From positions 115,976 through 179,975 of IMG/VR virus record IMGVR_UViG_3300026488_000012: DNA of 64,000 nucleotides; one strand, given 5' to 3'. Positions 48,979 through 58,413 of this stretch are shown one piece after another. Within the stretch, counting starts at the first letter, position 1; the number at the start of each line of letters is the position of its first letter. Position numbers and translations under genes: made by a program. The notes beneath the pieces were generated by a model. It was given only the letters and a program-made list of their open reading frames with translations, had not been told where the DNA came from and did no database searches. This DNA comes from a virus.

Positions 48979-49863
48979 ATGTTAACACTTGATAAACTTA
49001 GAACAAGTTGTAATGTCGTTAAAAACATAGACGACGCTATTAAATCTAACAAACCAGATGCATATTTAACTGCAATAAAATATGCTGTTTTATGTAAGAA
49101 AGCAAACGAACTCGTAGATAAATATGTTAAAGAATACGAGACTAAACTAATGTTACCGGGAGGTTTCTATAACGATAAGTACGCAGTATATTACGATGTT
49201 ATAGATGGTTATAAAGTATTTAATACTGATTGTTATAAAGAACCAACTACGCATGAAGAGTTCTTAACTCCTTTTTATAAAAGACCTTTAAAAGACGAGT
49301 GTCAAAAGCTAGTAGACGAGGGTAAAGTTATCCCTTCTAGAGACTTATACGTAAAACTTAACGTAGAATTACAACTACCTACACCTGATGAAATAAGTAA
49401 AGAAGATATAGTAAAATTCGGAGCTACAGCATTCGACATTTTGACTACAAGAATAGCTGATCATTTTTATAATTTAATCCAACAAATCATAGCCGATAAA
49501 CCAGATGTTACACAAGAGCTTAAAGAGAGATATAACGCTAAGTTAGAACTAGCTAAAGCATATCTTAATAATAAAGATGCTAACGCTGAAAGAGTACTTA
49601 GTATATCTGCTAAAATCTTAGGTATCAGTGTTGAGGATTATGCTAAAAGGATAGTAGAAGCAGCTGAAAAATGGACGAATCTGTTAGACTATTACGCTAC
49701 GCTAATCGATGAGTATAGAATAGCTGTTAAAACTGTTTTCTATAAAGATCCATTCGCTGCTATAGATATACTCAAAAAAGCTAAAGACTTAACTACAGAA
49801 TCTTCTGAAGAAGATGTTATAGCTATATTTAAAGAACACGGTTTTATGGATTTAGTGTCTTAA
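48979..49863 (+). CDS. second tail fibre assembly chaperone-like protein (paralog of 48031)
   Basis: Shares CY..LK(D/E)ECQKL(V/I)(D/N)EGKV.P; C-domain ERYNAKLELAKAY..LSISAKILG.SVEDYAKRI. Confidence 0.6.
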   Translation: MLTLDKLRTSCNVVKNIDDAIKSNKPDAYLTAIKYAVLCKKANELVDKYVKEYETKLMLPGGFYNDKYAVYYDVIDGYKVFNTDCYKEPTTHEEFLTPFYKRPLKDECQKLVDEGKVIPSRDLYVKLNVELQLPTPDEISKEDIVKFGATAFDILTTRIADHFYNLIQQIIADKPDVTQELKERYNAKLELAKAYLNNKDANAERVLSISAKILGISVEDYAKRIVEAAEKWTNLLDYYATLIDEYRIAVKTVFYKDPFAAIDILKKAKDLTTESSEEDVIAIFKEHGFMDLVS

Positions 49864-49880
49864 GACATAAGGTCTAAACT

Positions 49881-50108
49881 ATGAGAAAATTTTATAAGTA
49901 TTTATTATACTTCTTTATGGGTGTTTTCTTAACTTATGTTAAGTTTTTCATATGCTTAGATAAGACGCTAATACTCGGTACTATTTTCTTTTTTAGTATC
50001 CTGACAGTACATTATCTTAATAGAAATCTTAACACCGTTACCTGGATACAGGTATTAAGTTTTATAGTCGGATTTATGTTCGGGTATTTAATTATGGAGA
50101 GGGGGTAG
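49881..50108 (+). CDS. small 3-TM membrane protein
   Basis: Hydrophobic segments. Confidence 0.65.
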   Translation: MRKFYKYLLYFFMGVFLTYVKFFICLDKTLILGTIFFFSILTVHYLNRNLNTVTWIQVLSFIVGFMFGYLIMERG

Positions 50109-50171
50109 ATACCCCTTTCCATATTTTTTTTTTAGAATACGATGATTTACTTTTTAGATAAGGACTAGGTC

Positions 50172-50762
50172 ATGCATGAGGAAGAAATAGACGTAAAGTT
50201 AGGATTTGTAGTAGCAGACGGTCCTAAAGGTGAATGGTATAGTAAATTAATAGCCTGGTGGACTAACGGTCCATTTTCACACGTAGAACTCATTTATAAA
50301 GATAAGGGTAAATGGATTAAATGTTCTTCCAGAGAGATAACTAAATCAGCGGGTTGTGTAGAGCATAACATACATGAACCTGGTTGGGTATATGTAGATT
50401 TGGCTATTAAGAAGACGGAATTTAGTATTATAAAAGAGTTTTTTAAGGAGATAAGCGGAGCTAAATATGATATAGCTGGTATATTTGGTTTTATACTTCC
50501 AACTAAAGATAGGAGTGATAGATGGTTTTGTAGCGAAGCTGTTTCTAATGCTTTAAAAATAGCATCATTTAGACCTATGTGGAATTACGATCCATCTAAC
50601 ATATCTCCTAACTTCCTATTTGAGTTATTACTACGTGACTATAGCTCGAATAAGAAAAGTTCTAAATGCTATGTAACGAACATTAATAAAGACGACATAT
50701 ATCTATTTTATAGAAAAAGGAGGAAAAAATGGAATTTTTTAAAACTATTTACAATAAAATAA
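50172..50762 (+). CDS. permuted papain-like (YiiX/YebB, C92-type) amidase/peptidase
   Basis: GPFSHVEL (His) precedes KYD..G and WFCSEAV (Cys). Confidence 0.75.
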   Translation: MHEEEIDVKLGFVVADGPKGEWYSKLIAWWTNGPFSHVELIYKDKGKWIKCSSREITKSAGCVEHNIHEPGWVYVDLAIKKTEFSIIKEFFKEISGAKYDIAGIFGFILPTKDRSDRWFCSEAVSNALKIASFRPMWNYDPSNISPNFLFELLLRDYSSNKKSSKCYVTNINKDDIYLFYRKRRKKWNFLKLFTIK

Positions 50763-51046
50763 ACGATATGTTAATAATCGCATCTTGTGATAAATTTATA
50801 CATTTCTTCTATGGATTAATTCTAACATTAATAATTTATCCTATTTCAGGTTTCTATTTAGGACCTATGGAAGCTATTCTATCTACAATATCTTTTATCC
50901 TACTTATAGCTATAATTAAAGAGGTAATGGATGGTATAGATAGAGAATATCATACTCCAGAGATAAGTGATGTATTTTTTACTGTCCTACCGTCCATGCT
51001 TGTATTTATAATAGTTTTTGTAACGTTACTAATTGATAAAAGGTAG
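50729..51046 (+). CDS. VanZ-like membrane protein
   Basis: DKFIHFFYG, AIIKEVMD, D..FT motifs with 3 TMs. Confidence 0.6.
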   Translation: MEFFKTIYNKINDMLIIASCDKFIHFFYGLILTLIIYPISGFYLGPMEAILSTISFILLIAIIKEVMDGIDREYHTPEISDVFFTVLPSMLVFIIVFVTLLIDKR

Positions 51047-51365
51047 TACCATGGATAATACATTAGTAACAGATAAATCAGAACCTAGGTTCTTGATAGT
51101 TCTAAAAGGATTAATAAGACCTGTATTAACATTAGGATTTTTTGTGTTGTTTCTATATGTTATTTTGTGGAAACCAGATTTAAAAGAGAAGTATGTAGAT
51201 ATGATATACAACTCTATGTGGATAATTATATTGTTCTGGTTTGCAGAAAGAAGTTTAAGAAACATAGGTTTCGGTGATTTTCTAATAAAATTAACTACAT
51301 CTAAGCAGAATGACACTGGAAGTAAAGCTGTGTCGACCATACATAAGATTAAAGGAAGTATGTAG
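51033..51365 (+). CDS. putative holin (GTA 3TM-holin-like)
   Basis: LIRPVLTLGF...IILFWFAERS. Confidence 0.6.
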   Translation: MIKGSTMDNTLVTDKSEPRFLIVLKGLIRPVLTLGFFVLFLYVILWKPDLKEKYVDMIYNSMWIIILFWFAERSLRNIGFGDFLIKLTTSKQNDTGSKAVSTIHKIKGSM

Positions 51366-51385
51366 GGATACCCCTACATACTTCC
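51354..51385 (+). terminator. terminator built from the last codons of the ORF
   Basis: GGAAGTATGTAGGG-atac-CCCTACATACTTCC 14-bp stem. Confidence 0.75.
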
Positions 51386-51412
51386 ATATTTATTTTTAAG
51401 CATAATTGATTA

Positions 51413-51431
51413 AATATTACTAACTTGCAAC
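51413..51431 (+). promoter_or_regulatory. early promoter
   Basis: AATATTACTAACTTGCAAC with TATTAC core. Confidence 0.65.
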
Positions 51432-51457
51432 AAAACAAATCTAAAAAAGGAGTTAAA

Positions 51458-52276
51458 ATGGGACTAGATATGTATCTAACAGGAATCGTTAAATACGATA
51501 AAACTGTGAAGTTAGAAGAAGAGGTAAAAGATTTAACAGATAAGTTAAATAAAATAGGCGAAGAAATTACCAAAAAGTTTTCGACTGAAAATAAGGGGTA
51601 TATAGATGATTTCATCGATAAATATGAAAAGTATCTAAGAGACGACGTGAGAGACGATGTTGTAAGAAAAGTAATAGTAGTTGCTACAGATAATTTAATG
51701 GATGACGAAGATATAGGATTTTACATTTTCAACATGTTTCCTATAACTATTATGGATTTAACTAAGGAAGAAAAGAAAGAGATACTTAAAGGTTTTAAGG
51801 ATTTAGTTAACAGATTAATACTAACAGATACTAGTAAGAAAATAGAAGAGATTAGAAATATTTTATCTGAAATAGAAAAGAAAAGAGAAGAGCTTGATTA
51901 CTATATTAGACCAGTTATATACTGGAGAAAAGCTAATATGATACACGGTTGGTTTTACAGACATTTCTGTGATAGCGAGTATAAGTGTCTCAAAGGTATG
52001 TATGTTGATTACGACGACTTATTAGAATTGAAAAAGACTTGTGAAAAAGTTGTTGAACTCATCACTAATACAGTAGATGATCCATACAACTTTATTTTAA
52101 CAGAAGGTGAAGTATTTGAAGAAGTTAATAAATTACTACCGCCTATGTCTGGATTCTTCTTCGGTAACACGGATATAGATGATAGTTACCTAAATAAGGT
52201 TAAATTTACTATAAAAGAAATAGACAAAATCCCTGAAAATATGTTTGATAAATTTAAATATGAAGCTAGTTGGTAA
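51458..52276 (+). CDS. widespread phage protein of unknown function (MGLDMY...YEASW family)
   Basis: MGLDMYL, YWRKANMIHGWF, LPPMSGFFFG, YEASW. Confidence 0.75.
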   Translation: MGLDMYLTGIVKYDKTVKLEEEVKDLTDKLNKIGEEITKKFSTENKGYIDDFIDKYEKYLRDDVRDDVVRKVIVVATDNLMDDEDIGFYIFNMFPITIMDLTKEEKKEILKGFKDLVNRLILTDTSKKIEEIRNILSEIEKKREELDYYIRPVIYWRKANMIHGWFYRHFCDSEYKCLKGMYVDYDDLLELKKTCEKVVELITNTVDDPYNFILTEGEVFEEVNKLLPPMSGFFFGNTDIDDSYLNKVKFTIKEIDKIPENMFDKFKYEASW

Positions 52277-52300
52277 AAATAAAAAAGAAAGGAGTCAGAA

Positions 52301-53488
52301 ATGAGAGAAATTAAATTATGGGATAAAGGATACGTTAAAACAGTTGAGGATAAATTAGGCATTACTGATTATTCGGAGTTAGTTAAAGATAAAGAACAGA
52401 TAATCAGAACAGTTACCTCCATAGCTGCTATATCCAGAGGTAAAGATTTCAGTAAAAACCCAGAATTAAGATTTAAGCATTTATTAAAGGAAGCAGCTGG
52501 GGATATGGATGTAGAAAGTATTTATATAACAGAGAGAGCGATAGATAAATCGTATATGATAGAAAAAGACTATGAAGATTTGATGGAAGAGTTGAATGTT
52601 CCTGGTAGACCATTCGAGTTTATACCGGTTATCTTAAAAGCTAAGATAGAGATAGACGACAACATAGCTTACGTTAATTATTATACTACTAATGTAGACG
52701 TGTATAATAACAATACTGAGTCGTTATTTAGGCTACCTATCGAACATTCATATATATGGGACTATAGTCATAAGTCTATCATATCCGAAGACGGAATGAT
52801 TATAACGAACGCGTATAATGTTTTCACTAATGGAAGAGCTTTATTAAGAGATTTAATGTATGTTAAGTCTGTTATCAGGAATTATGATGCTGGAGTATAT
52901 CTAAGAATAAAGATAGAAGATATCTTATTCAGCCTAGCTGATATGAATGATGAATACAAGAACTTTTTTATCGTGGAAGTGAAGGCTCCATATTTCGCGT
53001 TTGCGCAAATCAGAACACACGGTAGATTAAGTCAGATATCTATCAGTATGAGATATGCTTCTGAAGATGACTATTGGTTACCCGGGGATATAACTGAAAG
53101 GTGGAAAGAGAATATCGGGTTAATAGAAGATTTTTTGGAAAACAAGTTTAATACACTAGAATTTAGTACATACTTGACAAAAATAAAAGAATCTAATTAC
53201 GATAGAAATCTAATATTAGAGTTTATGTTAAATAAATTTTCACCTATAGTAGGTAGTGAATTCTTGAAACTTTTGGGATATAAAAAAGAAATATATAACA
53301 GATGGAGTAACCACCTTAAATATAATACCTGGATTATAGGTGGTTGGTTAAACGACCCTAAAGCTTGGGGTCATTTGCTATTAGAAAGAAATGCTACTAG
53401 TATACTAAGTAGACCGGGAGTTCAAAAGGAAACAGCTGAAGTTGTAAAAGCTATAAAAGAATTAATTTACGAAAGGATTGAGAAATGA
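52301..53488 (+). CDS. thyX: divergent flavin-dependent thymidylate synthase
   Basis: RPFEF, VKAPYFAFAQIRTHGRLSQISISMRY..YWLP, LLLERN..VQKET align to ThyX, but RHR is replaced by THG. Confidence 0.75.
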   Translation: MREIKLWDKGYVKTVEDKLGITDYSELVKDKEQIIRTVTSIAAISRGKDFSKNPELRFKHLLKEAAGDMDVESIYITERAIDKSYMIEKDYEDLMEELNVPGRPFEFIPVILKAKIEIDDNIAYVNYYTTNVDVYNNNTESLFRLPIEHSYIWDYSHKSIISEDGMIITNAYNVFTNGRALLRDLMYVKSVIRNYDAGVYLRIKIEDILFSLADMNDEYKNFFIVEVKAPYFAFAQIRTHGRLSQISISMRYASEDDYWLPGDITERWKENIGLIEDFLENKFNTLEFSTYLTKIKESNYDRNLILEFMLNKFSPIVGSEFLKLLGYKKEIYNRWSNHLKYNTWIIGGWLNDPKAWGHLLLERNATSILSRPGVQKETAEVVKAIKELIYERIEK

Positions 53489-53715
53489 TAGAGTTTATGT
53501 TTTATGTATTCATATTTTGGGTAGTAGCAGGTTTTATAACTATTCTACTATTTTATAGAGAAGAGAGAGTTAAGTACGATAGGAGGTTCAAAGACATGCT
53601 AGTCGACTATCTATTCGCATTAGCTACGTCTATGGGATTTATAATAGTATTAATTCTCGTTATTATATTTTTACCAGTTATTATTCTTACATATGTATAC
53701 GAGGAAAACATATAG
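53485..53715 (+). CDS. small 2-TM membrane protein
   Basis: Hydrophobic helices; ATGA overlap. Confidence 0.65.
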   Translation: MIEFMFYVFIFWVVAGFITILLFYREERVKYDRRFKDMLVDYLFALATSMGFIIVLILVIIFLPVIILTYVYEENI

Positions 53716-53736
53716 TAGCGTGTTTACGCTACTATA
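53711..53736 (+). terminator. terminator overlapping the stop codon
   Basis: TATAGTAGCGT-gttt-ACGCTACTATA. Confidence 0.7.
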
Positions 53737-53764
53737 GTCTCTTTTTTTTATTTTTATATGTTTA

Positions 53765-53783
53765 TATATTACTAAAATGTAAT
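53765..53783 (+). promoter_or_regulatory. early promoter
   Basis: TATATTACTAAAATGTAAT. Confidence 0.72.
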
Positions 53784-53807
53784 AAAAAAAATAAAAAAGG
53801 AGTAGAT

Positions 53808-54230
53808 ATGATACATGTAAATGGATTTAGATTAGGAGTATGGAATACAGAGAATCCTGCAAGAAGATTTAAATTTGAATACTTCAAAAGTATTCTAGAA
53901 CCACATGGGTTCTGGGATACTGAAGAGGATGATTATGAACATATAAGTGAAATGATTAATACAGGTGATGTTGAGGTATGGTATAATGACCACGCGATTG
54001 CTGTTCTAGTTTACGATTTAAATTTAAAAATTTGGGAAATTTCGATTCTCGTATCCACCAAAAAGGGATACGGGAGAATTTTAATAAATCAGTTACTAAC
54101 CATAAAAGATAGGTTAGTAACAACGCCTATCAACGAAAAAGTTCGTAATTATTATAAAAAGATAGGCGGAAAAGATTTTGGTAGAAAGTCTATTATATTT
54201 AAAAGGAGTGAGAATGATAATAGAAATTAA
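53808..54230 (+). CDS. GNAT-family acetyltransferase-like protein
   Basis: ISILVSTKKGYGRILI (motif A), VRNYYKKIG (motif B). Confidence 0.6.
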   Translation: MIHVNGFRLGVWNTENPARRFKFEYFKSILEPHGFWDTEEDDYEHISEMINTGDVEVWYNDHAIAVLVYDLNLKIWEISILVSTKKGYGRILINQLLTIKDRLVTTPINEKVRNYYKKIGGKDFGRKSIIFKRSENDNRN

Positions 54231-54627
54231 TAAATTCAATTACGAGGAGTATAAATGCTTACTCCTCAGTTATATAAACAGAAAAAGCAATTCTAAATTC
54301 GATACTATTTTTTTATTAGAAAATAAAGATTTGGTATTGCAACCTGATCTAGAAAGAATAAAAGAAGATGACTATTTTTATTTTTTAGTCATCGGTAAAA
54401 ACGGAGTCGAAGGAGGCGCTGAGGTTTTTATGGAAAATAGCATACTCTATTTAGAATATCTCAATTCTTTCAAAAGAGGAATAGGTAAGAAGTTAATTAA
54501 ATACCTACAGAGTAATTTTAAACACATAAAAGTAACTATTAAAGACAGAAATCTATACGGTTATTATAGAAAATATGGTTTTAGAAAAGTTAGAGGAATT
54601 AACGAAATGTTTTGGAAAAAGATATAG
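54214..54627 (+). CDS. GNAT-family acetyltransferase-like protein
   Basis: LEYLNSFKRGIGKKLI (motif A), LYGYYRKYGF (motif B); ATG 54214 after AAGGAG. Confidence 0.65.
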   Translation: MIIEINKFNYEEYKCLLLSYINRKSNSKFDTIFLLENKDLVLQPDLERIKEDDYFYFLVIGKNGVEGGAEVFMENSILYLEYLNSFKRGIGKKLIKYLQSNFKHIKVTIKDRNLYGYYRKYGFRKVRGINEMFWKKI

Positions 54628-54668
54628 AAAAACTGATATCTTGCTATTAAAATTAAAATTATTAAGGA

Positions 54669-56984
54669 GTGATGATGTGTAAGGTAGTTATAAAACGTGA
54701 TGGTAGAGAAGAACCGTTTAATCCTGGTAAAATTAAAAGACAGATAGAATTTGCTACTAAAAATACAACTATAAATCCTATAGAATTTGAAGCTAAGTTT
54801 CATGCTTATCTACCAGAGAAAGTTAAAACATCCGAGATACAGGAAATACTTCTACAGACAGCTATAAAGGAGATTTCTGTAGATAATCCTGACTGGGAAA
54901 TCGTAGCTGGTAGATTAGCTATGTGGGATATTTACAGTAGGGTATATAAAAATACAGGCATAAAGTTTTCTAACTGGTTAACTCTAATAGAGTATTTAAC
55001 AGATAAAGGATATTACACAGAAGACGTTATCAGAAAACTTAGAGAACTTAACATTAAAGACGAGGACATATATTACGGTACTTGGAAAAATATAGATATT
55101 AACAAACATCCGGACTTTAATAAATTAATAAGACAATCGCTTATAGAGTTAGATAGATATCTAGTTAAGAATATAAACGGACCCATCGAATACCTTTTCA
55201 TATCCCATATTGCTAATGCTGTATTATTAGCGGATAATAGAGACGACTTCTTTACTAAGTATAAATACTTATCTGAAGAATTTATATCGTTAGCAACACC
55301 TTTTAAAAAGAACTTAAGAAGAGGCGGTAATACAGGAAGTTGTTTTATAGGAGTTATGGATGATAATCTACCATCAATACTAAAATCAATTTCGGATATG
55401 AGTATTATATCTCAAGAAGGAGGTGGTGTAGGTTGGGATATATCTAAACTAAGACCTTCTAATTCGTATTCTGGAAACGTACCTAAGTCTAATCCTATAA
55501 CTCACTGGACTAAAATTATAAATGACATAGCTGTGGCTGTTAATCAAAGAGGTACAAGAGCAGCGGCTATAACAGTGGGTATGAGATGGTGGCATTTAGA
55601 TGTTCAAGATTTTATAGAAGCAAGAGTTGAAACTAAGAGTGATATCAGAAGTAAAACATTTGAGATATTCCCACAACCTATCGTTGATAACTACTTTATG
55701 AAGAAAGTTAAAAACAAAGAATACGTATACCAGTTTAATCATTATTACTTTAAGAAACTAACAGGTATAGATATTACAGAGTTATTCGGAGAAGAATATT
55801 ATAGAGCTTTAGAATTAGCAGAAAGATTATGTAAGGAAGGGAAACTAACACATTACAGAAAAATAAAAGCTAATAACTTATGGAGTAAATTCCTATGGCA
55901 CTGGATAGAGATAGGTTCTATGTATATAGCTAACTTTGATAATCTTAACAAGTCTAACTATCTAAAGAATGAGACTAATAAAGAAAGAAGATTATTCACA
56001 CCTATGAGTAACTTATGTAACGAATCATTCTCAGTATGTAAGGTAGCTACTACCTGGAAGACTGAATGTAAGAATGAAAAACTTAAAACAACTGAGACTG
56101 ACGGTATGTATCATAGCTGTAATCTTATCTCCATAAATCTTGTTAAATGCGTGGATTTAACAGACGATGAATACTACGACGTTGTCTACCATGCAGTGGA
56201 TATGTTAGACAAATCTATAGACTTGACTAGCTATCCAGTAAAAGAAGCTGAATACGGTAGTAGAAGATTAAGAAATATAGGTATAGGATTTTTAGGGTTG
56301 GCAGACGTTATGGCTTATAAAGGATTAATGTATGATACTGAAGAAGGTAGAAGATTTGGAGCTGCAGAAGCAGAGAGGTTAACATATTACGCTTATAAAG
56401 CTTCTGTAGAGTTAGCTAAAAAGAGAGGAAGTTATCCTTGGTTTAATCCAGATAACTATGATACTCTATTAGGAGAAGACCCTAAAGAGCTTAATAGGTT
56501 ATCTAAAGAATATACTGGCAACAATTTCGACTGGGTAGGTTTACAACAGGATATTAAAAAATACGGTATAAGAAACTTCTTACTAACAGCTATAGCCCCT
56601 AATACATCTACTTCATTAGTTATGGGTGTAATGCCTAGTTACTTACCTGTATTTAATAAGTTCTATTATGAAACTCTATCAGGTTTGAACATACCTATCT
56701 TACCTAGATTTATTAAGGAGAAATACTGGTATTATAAAACAAGAACACAGTATAAAGTAACAGACTTGATTAAATTCACAAGAGCATTACAAAAATTCAT
56801 AGACACGGGTATATCTATGGAGTTAAATATGAATCCTAATCTTAACACCATAGATGAAATAAGTAATGAAATAATCGATGGATTTTTAAGTGGTGATTTA
56901 AAAGCTGTTTATTATTCAACCACTCTTGATAGAGAGAGTAAAAAAGATAATAAAAAACAAGAATGTATAGATTGCGCTAATTAA
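54669..56984 (+). CDS. nrdA: ribonucleotide reductase class Ia alpha subunit with ATP cone
   Basis: VIKRDG ATP cone, ATP..N.R, SCF, SNLCNE, SCNL, IAPNTSTS, YY, C-terminal CIDC. Confidence 0.95.
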   Translation: MMMCKVVIKRDGREEPFNPGKIKRQIEFATKNTTINPIEFEAKFHAYLPEKVKTSEIQEILLQTAIKEISVDNPDWEIVAGRLAMWDIYSRVYKNTGIKFSNWLTLIEYLTDKGYYTEDVIRKLRELNIKDEDIYYGTWKNIDINKHPDFNKLIRQSLIELDRYLVKNINGPIEYLFISHIANAVLLADNRDDFFTKYKYLSEEFISLATPFKKNLRRGGNTGSCFIGVMDDNLPSILKSISDMSIISQEGGGVGWDISKLRPSNSYSGNVPKSNPITHWTKIINDIAVAVNQRGTRAAAITVGMRWWHLDVQDFIEARVETKSDIRSKTFEIFPQPIVDNYFMKKVKNKEYVYQFNHYYFKKLTGIDITELFGEEYYRALELAERLCKEGKLTHYRKIKANNLWSKFLWHWIEIGSMYIANFDNLNKSNYLKNETNKERRLFTPMSNLCNESFSVCKVATTWKTECKNEKLKTTETDGMYHSCNLISINLVKCVDLTDDEYYDVVYHAVDMLDKSIDLTSYPVKEAEYGSRRLRNIGIGFLGLADVMAYKGLMYDTEEGRRFGAAEAERLTYYAYKASVELAKKRGSYPWFNPDNYDTLLGEDPKELNRLSKEYTGNNFDWVGLQQDIKKYGIRNFLLTAIAPNTSTSLVMGVMPSYLPVFNKFYYETLSGLNIPILPRFIKEKYWYYKTRTQYKVTDLIKFTRALQKFIDTGISMELNMNPNLNTIDEISNEIIDGFLSGDLKAVYYSTTLDRESKKDNKKQECIDCAN

Positions 56985-56994
56985 AGGATGAGAT

Positions 56995-58146
56995 ATGAAG
57001 ATATTAGATTTAGTAAAAAGAAGAAAAGAAGAAAGAATGATGAAAGTCATTAATGACTTAGATATGAGTCTTAAGAAAAAACTCTTTAATCCAAATGCGT
57101 CCGAGGACATAAAACTCATAGGAGGAGATATTACGAATCTCTTCGTAGCTTCTAGAATTAAATATCCTATTTTTATAGAGTTGTATTATAAAGCCTATAG
57201 TCATAACTGGCTACCTGACGTAGTGTCATCAATGACAGAAGATAAACAACAGTACAAGAATATACTAACAAAAGAAGAAAAATTCGCATATGACGGTATT
57301 TTATCATATTTAGTATTCTTAGATAGTATACAGACTAACAACCTACCTAATATAGCAAATTTTATAACTGCTCCTGAGGTAGTGTTATGGTTAGTTAGAC
57401 AAGCTTGGGAAGAAGCTAATCACTCATTATCTTACATATATATCTTAGAGAATATGTTATCTATAGATGAAATAGAACACATAGTTTATTTATGGAAGGA
57501 CGATCCTATTGCTTTAGAGAGAAATAAATACATAGCAGAACTATACGAAACATTTAAGGATAGTAACGATAAGAAAGCTTTCTTAGTATTACTTATTGCT
57601 AACTATATGTTAGAAGGATTATACTTCTATAATGGTTTTATGTTTTTCCATAACCTAGCGTTTAGAGGACTGATGGTTGCTACCAATATACAGATTAAAT
57701 TTATTAAACGTGATGAGTCTTTACATTGTGAAGCTTTTAAACATATTATAAATATCTTTAAAGAAGAGAATCCCGATGACTGGGACGAAGAACTTGTTTA
57801 TGACTTATTTAAAGAAGCAGTAAGACAAGAAATCAGATTCGCTAACCACTTCATAGGTAATAATATTTTAGGTATGAGTGGACAGACTATAGAGGATTAT
57901 ACTTATTATTTAGCAAATATGAGACTTAAAGATATAGGATTAGCGTCTATCTTCCCAGAAAGAGAAAATCCTTACAAACATTTAGATAAAATAGCAGCTA
58001 TAGAAGATGAGACAGAAAATAAAGTAAATATGTTTGAATCTACATCTACTACTTATAAATCTCCTGAGGTATTTGATGGATGGGAAAAAATTAAAGAAGA
58101 TACTGCTGAGGTAGAGTATGTATGTAAACCTATGGAGTTTGATTAA
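56995..58146 (+). CDS. nrdB: ribonucleotide reductase class Ia beta subunit
   Basis: FLDSIQTNN, EEANHSLSY, EGLYFYNGF, RDESLH; N-terminus KK(L/I)FNP as in Campylobacter/Helicobacter-type NrdB. Confidence 0.95.
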   Translation: MKILDLVKRRKEERMMKVINDLDMSLKKKLFNPNASEDIKLIGGDITNLFVASRIKYPIFIELYYKAYSHNWLPDVVSSMTEDKQQYKNILTKEEKFAYDGILSYLVFLDSIQTNNLPNIANFITAPEVVLWLVRQAWEEANHSLSYIYILENMLSIDEIEHIVYLWKDDPIALERNKYIAELYETFKDSNDKKAFLVLLIANYMLEGLYFYNGFMFFHNLAFRGLMVATNIQIKFIKRDESLHCEAFKHIINIFKEENPDDWDEELVYDLFKEAVRQEIRFANHFIGNNILGMSGQTIEDYTYYLANMRLKDIGLASIFPERENPYKHLDKIAAIEDETENKVNMFESTSTTYKSPEVFDGWEKIKEDTAEVEYVCKPMEFD

Positions 58147-58157
58147 TAGGAGGATAT

Positions 58158-58343
58158 ATGAAGAAGTATATTAGATTACATTGTTATAAATATGGCATCG
58201 TTGTTAAGAGTATTAAATTATACGATAGTGCTAGGGTAAAATATTTTTATCCTATTCTTAAAGATAGATATGATTTAATATCCGTTATAGATGAGAATAA
58301 CGATAGATGGAAAATAGAAAATTATATATCGTGGGAAAAATAG
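58158..58343 (+). CDS. small hypothetical protein
   Basis: AGGAGG SD; terminator 58327-58353 overlaps the stop. Confidence 0.65.
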   Translation: MKKYIRLHCYKYGIVVKSIKLYDSARVKYFYPILKDRYDLISVIDENNDRWKIENYISWEK

Positions 58344-58375
58344 TCCCACGATACGATTCTTATTTTTTATGTTTA

Positions 58376-58394
58376 TATATTACTAAGTTGTAAA
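58376..58394 (+). promoter_or_regulatory. early promoter
   Basis: TATATTACTAAGTTGTAA; upstream TATGTTTATATATTACTAA shared with the 53765 promoter. Confidence 0.72.
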
Positions 58395-58413
58395 AAAAAA
58401 ATAAGAAAAGGAG

